Shown here: positions 61,257-64,000 of the stretch, one piece after another
Layout: the number at the start of each line of letters is the position of its first letter
Numbering within the stretch: the stretch's first letter is position 1
DNA from: Enhydrobacter sp.
Lineage (GTDB): Bacteria > Pseudomonadota > Alphaproteobacteria > Reyranellales > Reyranellaceae
Direction of reading: 5' to 3'
DNA: 64,000 nt
NCBI GenBank assembly: GCA_025808875.1
Contig: CP075528.1
Coordinates: forward strand, 1,546,473 to 1,610,472
The notes under the pieces: model-generated
The model's database searches: none
Told to the model about the DNA's origin: nothing
What the model saw: the letters and a program-made list of their open reading frames with translations, nothing else
Translations under genes and position numbers: made by a program

Positions 61257-62786
61257 CTACGCGGGCGGCGCCCAGCTCGTCTCCTCGTCGAGCGGGTAGA
61301 CGGGCCGCGGCAGCTTGGTCCAGGCGAAGTTGGCCAGCACGGGCGAGGTCAGGCCGGGACAGTCGACTTCATAGACCTGTTGCGGCGGGAAGAACTCGTC
61401 GAAGCCGGCGCGGAAGTGGCCGCGACTCTTGACGACGACGACACGCGCCCGGGCGATGTCGATGCCGAACATCTCGAACTGCATCGGATCCATGCACTGG
61501 CAGCGATTGGAGATCACCGCCACGCGCACGCCGCCAAGATCGAGCAGCGCCGACGGACCCATGTCGGAGGACACGTTCCTGAGCACGCCGCGGCGACCGA
61601 CGTACTTGCCGTCCGAGAGCTTCTCGACCTTGGCCTCGGCGTCGAAAGGCAGGGAGAATTCCTGGTGCTCCTCGCTGTTGAAGGAGGCGGTGAAGACCGC
61701 GCCCTCGCCGAGCGCATGCGCCCTGGCCGCCAGAGCCGCGTCGTTGAACACGCCCACCACGACGCCTTGCACACCGGCGCTCTTCAGCGCACGGAGCAGA
61801 TAGGTGGTGTTACCGCGCCCGCCGCCGCCAGGATTGTCTGCGACGTCGGCCAGGATGATCGGCTTGCGGCGGCGGTCGCGTCCGACGGAGGCGGCGAGTT
61901 GCACGGCGTCGGCGAGCGACATCATCCCGCGCTTGAATCGCTCCTTGCTCGCCCAGCCGCGCCTGGCGATGTCGAGCGCCAGCTCGGCCGCAGCGGCACG
62001 GTTGCCGTTGCGCGCGGTGACGACGGCAGTGAGCCCGTTCTTGGGCGAATCGGCGTAGGCGAAGCCTGCCATCACCGACACGTTCAATATGTCGCCTCCC
62101 ACCCTGCTCTGGCCGTACTTCACGAGATCGGCGTAGGGGCCCTTCGCCGTCAGCAGCGAGATCTGCGGCGGCACCAACGGCAGCTTCACCATCTCGATGG
62201 CGGTCGTCGCGCCGGCGAGGCATTCGCGCATGTGGCGGGCCGCTTCCACGCCGCGTTCGTATATGTCGGTATGCGGGTTCTCGAGATAGCCGACGAACAC
62301 CGAGAGGTTGTTGGTCATCTTGCGCGAGACATTGGCGTGCAGGTCGAACGTGGCGATCACCGGCAGCGCCGGCCCGACGACCCGGCGGATGCTCTCGAAC
62401 AGGTCGCCATCGGGATCGTCGGTGCCCTCGGCGAGGGCGGCGCCGTGGGCGGTCACGTAGACCGCGTCGAGCGGGAGCGACGCCTTCAGTCCGGCCTCGA
62501 TCTCGATCAGGAACTCCTTGAAGAAGGCCTCGGCCACCGGTCCACCGGGTTGTGCCTGCGACACGCGGATCGGCACCGGCGTCCACGGGCCGCTGCGGTC
62601 CATTTCCGCGAAGAACCCGGGCAGGTCGGGCAGGGTGATGGAGGCGGCCGAACGTCCCTCGGCAACGATGCGGTTGCCGCGGATGTCGACGTCCTGCTCG
62701 AAATCGGCGGCGGTCGTGACGGGAGAGAAGCGATTGCACTCGATGGCGAATCCCAGCACGGCGATCCGCGGGTTCTCCCTGGACAA
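61257..62786 (-). CDS. M81-family metallopeptidase (MlrC / microcystinase-C-like), about 509 aa
   Basis: PRIAVLGFAIECNRFSP (DUF1485 N-domain start) plus an MlrC C-domain. The only plausible start is TTG at 62786, 4 nt after GGGAGGA. Confidence 0.75.
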   Translation of the reverse strand: MSRENPRIAVLGFAIECNRFSPVTTAADFEQDVDIRGNRIVAEGRSAASITLPDLPGFFAEMDRSGPWTPVPIRVSQAQPGGPVAEAFFKEFLIEIEAGLKASLPLDAVYVTAHGAALAEGTDDPDGDLFESIRRVVGPALPVIATFDLHANVSRKMTNNLSVFVGYLENPHTDIYERGVEAARHMRECLAGATTAIEMVKLPLVPPQISLLTAKGPYADLVKYGQSRVGGDILNVSVMAGFAYADSPKNGLTAVVTARNGNRAAAAELALDIARRGWASKERFKRGMMSLADAVQLAASVGRDRRRKPIILADVADNPGGGGRGNTTYLLRALKSAGVQGVVVGVFNDAALAARAHALGEGAVFTASFNSEEHQEFSLPFDAEAKVEKLSDGKYVGRRGVLRNVSSDMGPSALLDLGGVRVAVISNRCQCMDPMQFEMFGIDIARARVVVVKSRGHFRAGFDEFFPPQQVYEVDCPGLTSPVLANFAWTKLPRPVYPLDEETSWAPPA

Positions 62787-62796
62787 CGTATCCTCC

Positions 62797-63615
62797 CTAT
62801 CCCTGGAGGGCGAGGAAGCCCTCCACCAACCGATTGAAGGTAGCGGCGTCCTCGAAGTAAGGCGAGTGCCCGGCCTCTGCCATGAGCTGTGCATTGCCGC
62901 AGGGTAATGCGGCGGCGATGGCGCTGGCGAGGAACGGCGGGAAGACCACGTCGCGGCCGCCGGCGATCAGGAGCGTCGGCACGCGGAAGTCGGCCAGATC
63001 GCCGAGGGCGCGCGTCGCGATGCGGCGCAGGCCGGCGCGCAGCTTCTCCTTGTCGAGCGCACCGGCCATCTCGTCGATGCTCTTGTAGAGAAGGTGCAGC
63101 GCGGGCGCGCGCTCGGCGGCGCGCACACCCATCGCCGGATGCACGCCGCGGGCGAGCCCCTCGGCGATCTGCTTCTCCGCGTCGGCGAGCCAGGCGTCGT
63201 ACTGCGCGCCGCCCGACGGGTCGCAATCGCGCCGGTCGAGTGTGCCCGATGTTGCGCTCAGCACCAGCGCCTTCACCCGCGTGCGCTGGGCGAGTGCATA
63301 CTCCAGCATCGTCCAGCCGCCCATCGACTGGCCGACCAGCCGCACCTCGCCGAAACCGAGATGGCGGATCAGCGCGGCGAGGTCGTCGGCGAACTCCGCC
63401 GGATCGGGGCCGTCCGCGACCGGATCGGAGGGCGCGAAGCCGCGATGCGCGAAGGCGACGCAGGTGTAGCGAGGTGCGAAGTACGCGACCTGTTGCCACC
63501 AGCTCATCTGGTTGCCGCCCAAGCCATGGGCGAACACCAGGGCGGGCCCGCTGCCCGTCACCTCGTAGTGCAGACGGCCGAAGGGTCGCGCGAGCTTGCC
63601 CACGATGCGCTTCAT
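62797..63615 (-). CDS. Alpha/beta-fold hydrolase, 272 aa
   Basis: HGLGGN oxyanion loop, nucleophile elbow GQSMGG, and a C-terminal AGHSPYFE histidine. Confidence 0.88.
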   Translation of the reverse strand: MKRIVGKLARPFGRLHYEVTGSGPALVFAHGLGGNQMSWWQQVAYFAPRYTCVAFAHRGFAPSDPVADGPDPAEFADDLAALIRHLGFGEVRLVGQSMGGWTMLEYALAQRTRVKALVLSATSGTLDRRDCDPSGGAQYDAWLADAEKQIAEGLARGVHPAMGVRAAERAPALHLLYKSIDEMAGALDKEKLRAGLRRIATRALGDLADFRVPTLLIAGGRDVVFPPFLASAIAAALPCGNAQLMAEAGHSPYFEDAATFNRLVEGFLALQG

Positions 63616-64000
63616 GCGGTCTCCTGCGCGACGACCTCGGTCTGCGCCGCACCATAGCGAACGACCCGACCCTCACGTACGCCGAGAATCTGCCCGTTCG
63701 GCTCTTCCGGATCGGCCGCGCACAGCGCCGTGACGAGCCGGGCGACGGCGGCGAGATCGTCGCTGGCGCAGGCCACGGCATTCACCGCGATGCCCGATGC
63801 CGCAAGATCGTGCGCCGCCACGCGCGTCAGTGCGACCAGCCCGGCGCCGGCAGCGGCGCGCGCGGCGTCGCCGGGCACGGCATCCAGGGCCGCCGCATCG
63901 AGGAGATTGACGATGCGGCCGCCGCGGCCACGCCGGTGCATCGCTGCGATCGCCGCCTGCATCATGTGGAAGGCGGCGGAGAGGTCGTTGCGGATCACAG
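63612..64000 (-). CDS. SDR-like oxidoreductase, C-terminal part only (N-terminus beyond window)
   Basis: Frame is open to the window end. Contains ...AAFHMMQAAIAAM..GRIVNL... and IAVNAV, typical of SDR central and C-terminal regions. Stop overlaps the hydrolase start by 4 nt. Confidence 0.6.
   Translation of the reverse strand, partial: VIRNDLSAAFHMMQAAIAAMHRRGRGGRIVNLLDAAALDAVPGDAARAAAGAGLVALTRVAAHDLAASGIAVNAVACASDDLAAVARLVTALCAADPEEPNGQILGVREGRVVRYGAAQTEVVAQETA

Overview
High-GC (about 65-72% by hand counts) chromosomal segment that looks alphaproteobacterial, judging from the AapJQMP general amino-acid permease, Bug/TctC binding protein, DUF1194/DUF1428 and gltBD. I can support about 62 protein-coding genes. 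I found no rRNA, tRNA, CRISPR array, transposase, integrase or recognisable phage or defence gene by eye. All family calls come from motif and sequence recognition only, with no searches run. Many long ORFs in the track are antisense or out-of-frame shadow ORFs typical of high-GC DNA and were discarded.

Gene content in order:
- TctC-like binding protein, TPP enzyme and VOC.
- A convergent terephthalate-dioxygenase-like Rieske alpha/beta plus PdxA-type dehydrogenase module.
- putA, gltBD and aroQ.
- An FtsH paralog divergent from cbpA-cbpM.
- An orphan xanthine-dehydrogenase-family Mo subunit.
- A catabolic cluster of three enoyl-CoA hydratases, a P450, a quinone oxidoreductase, VOCs and a GST.
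- A MarR-MFS pair with a clear operator.
- A six-gene operon joining FolM/FolB-like pterin genes, a DMT transporter, a 761-aa unknown protein and FdtA/FdtB-like 3-amino-sugar genes.
- Several small envelope proteins, cspA and rfbB.
- aapPMQ with a tandemly duplicated aapJ.
- An M23 peptidase, a pirin, and an MlrC-like peptidase operon.

Most interesting leads:
1. A repeated intergenic element of about 280-410 bp has a conserved core of about 145 nt that folds on paper, plus arrays of 9-bp tandem repeats. Two inverted copies sit immediately 3-prime of envelope-lipoprotein genes, with a third partial copy elsewhere.
2. The tightly coupled pterin / unknown 761-aa / amino-sugar operon.
3. The tph-like dioxygenase module, which lacks a reductase.
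4. A low-GC patch carrying an orphan 4-TM protein.

I see no convincing evidence for a defence system or mobile island. Most of the window is ordinary core or catabolic chromosome.
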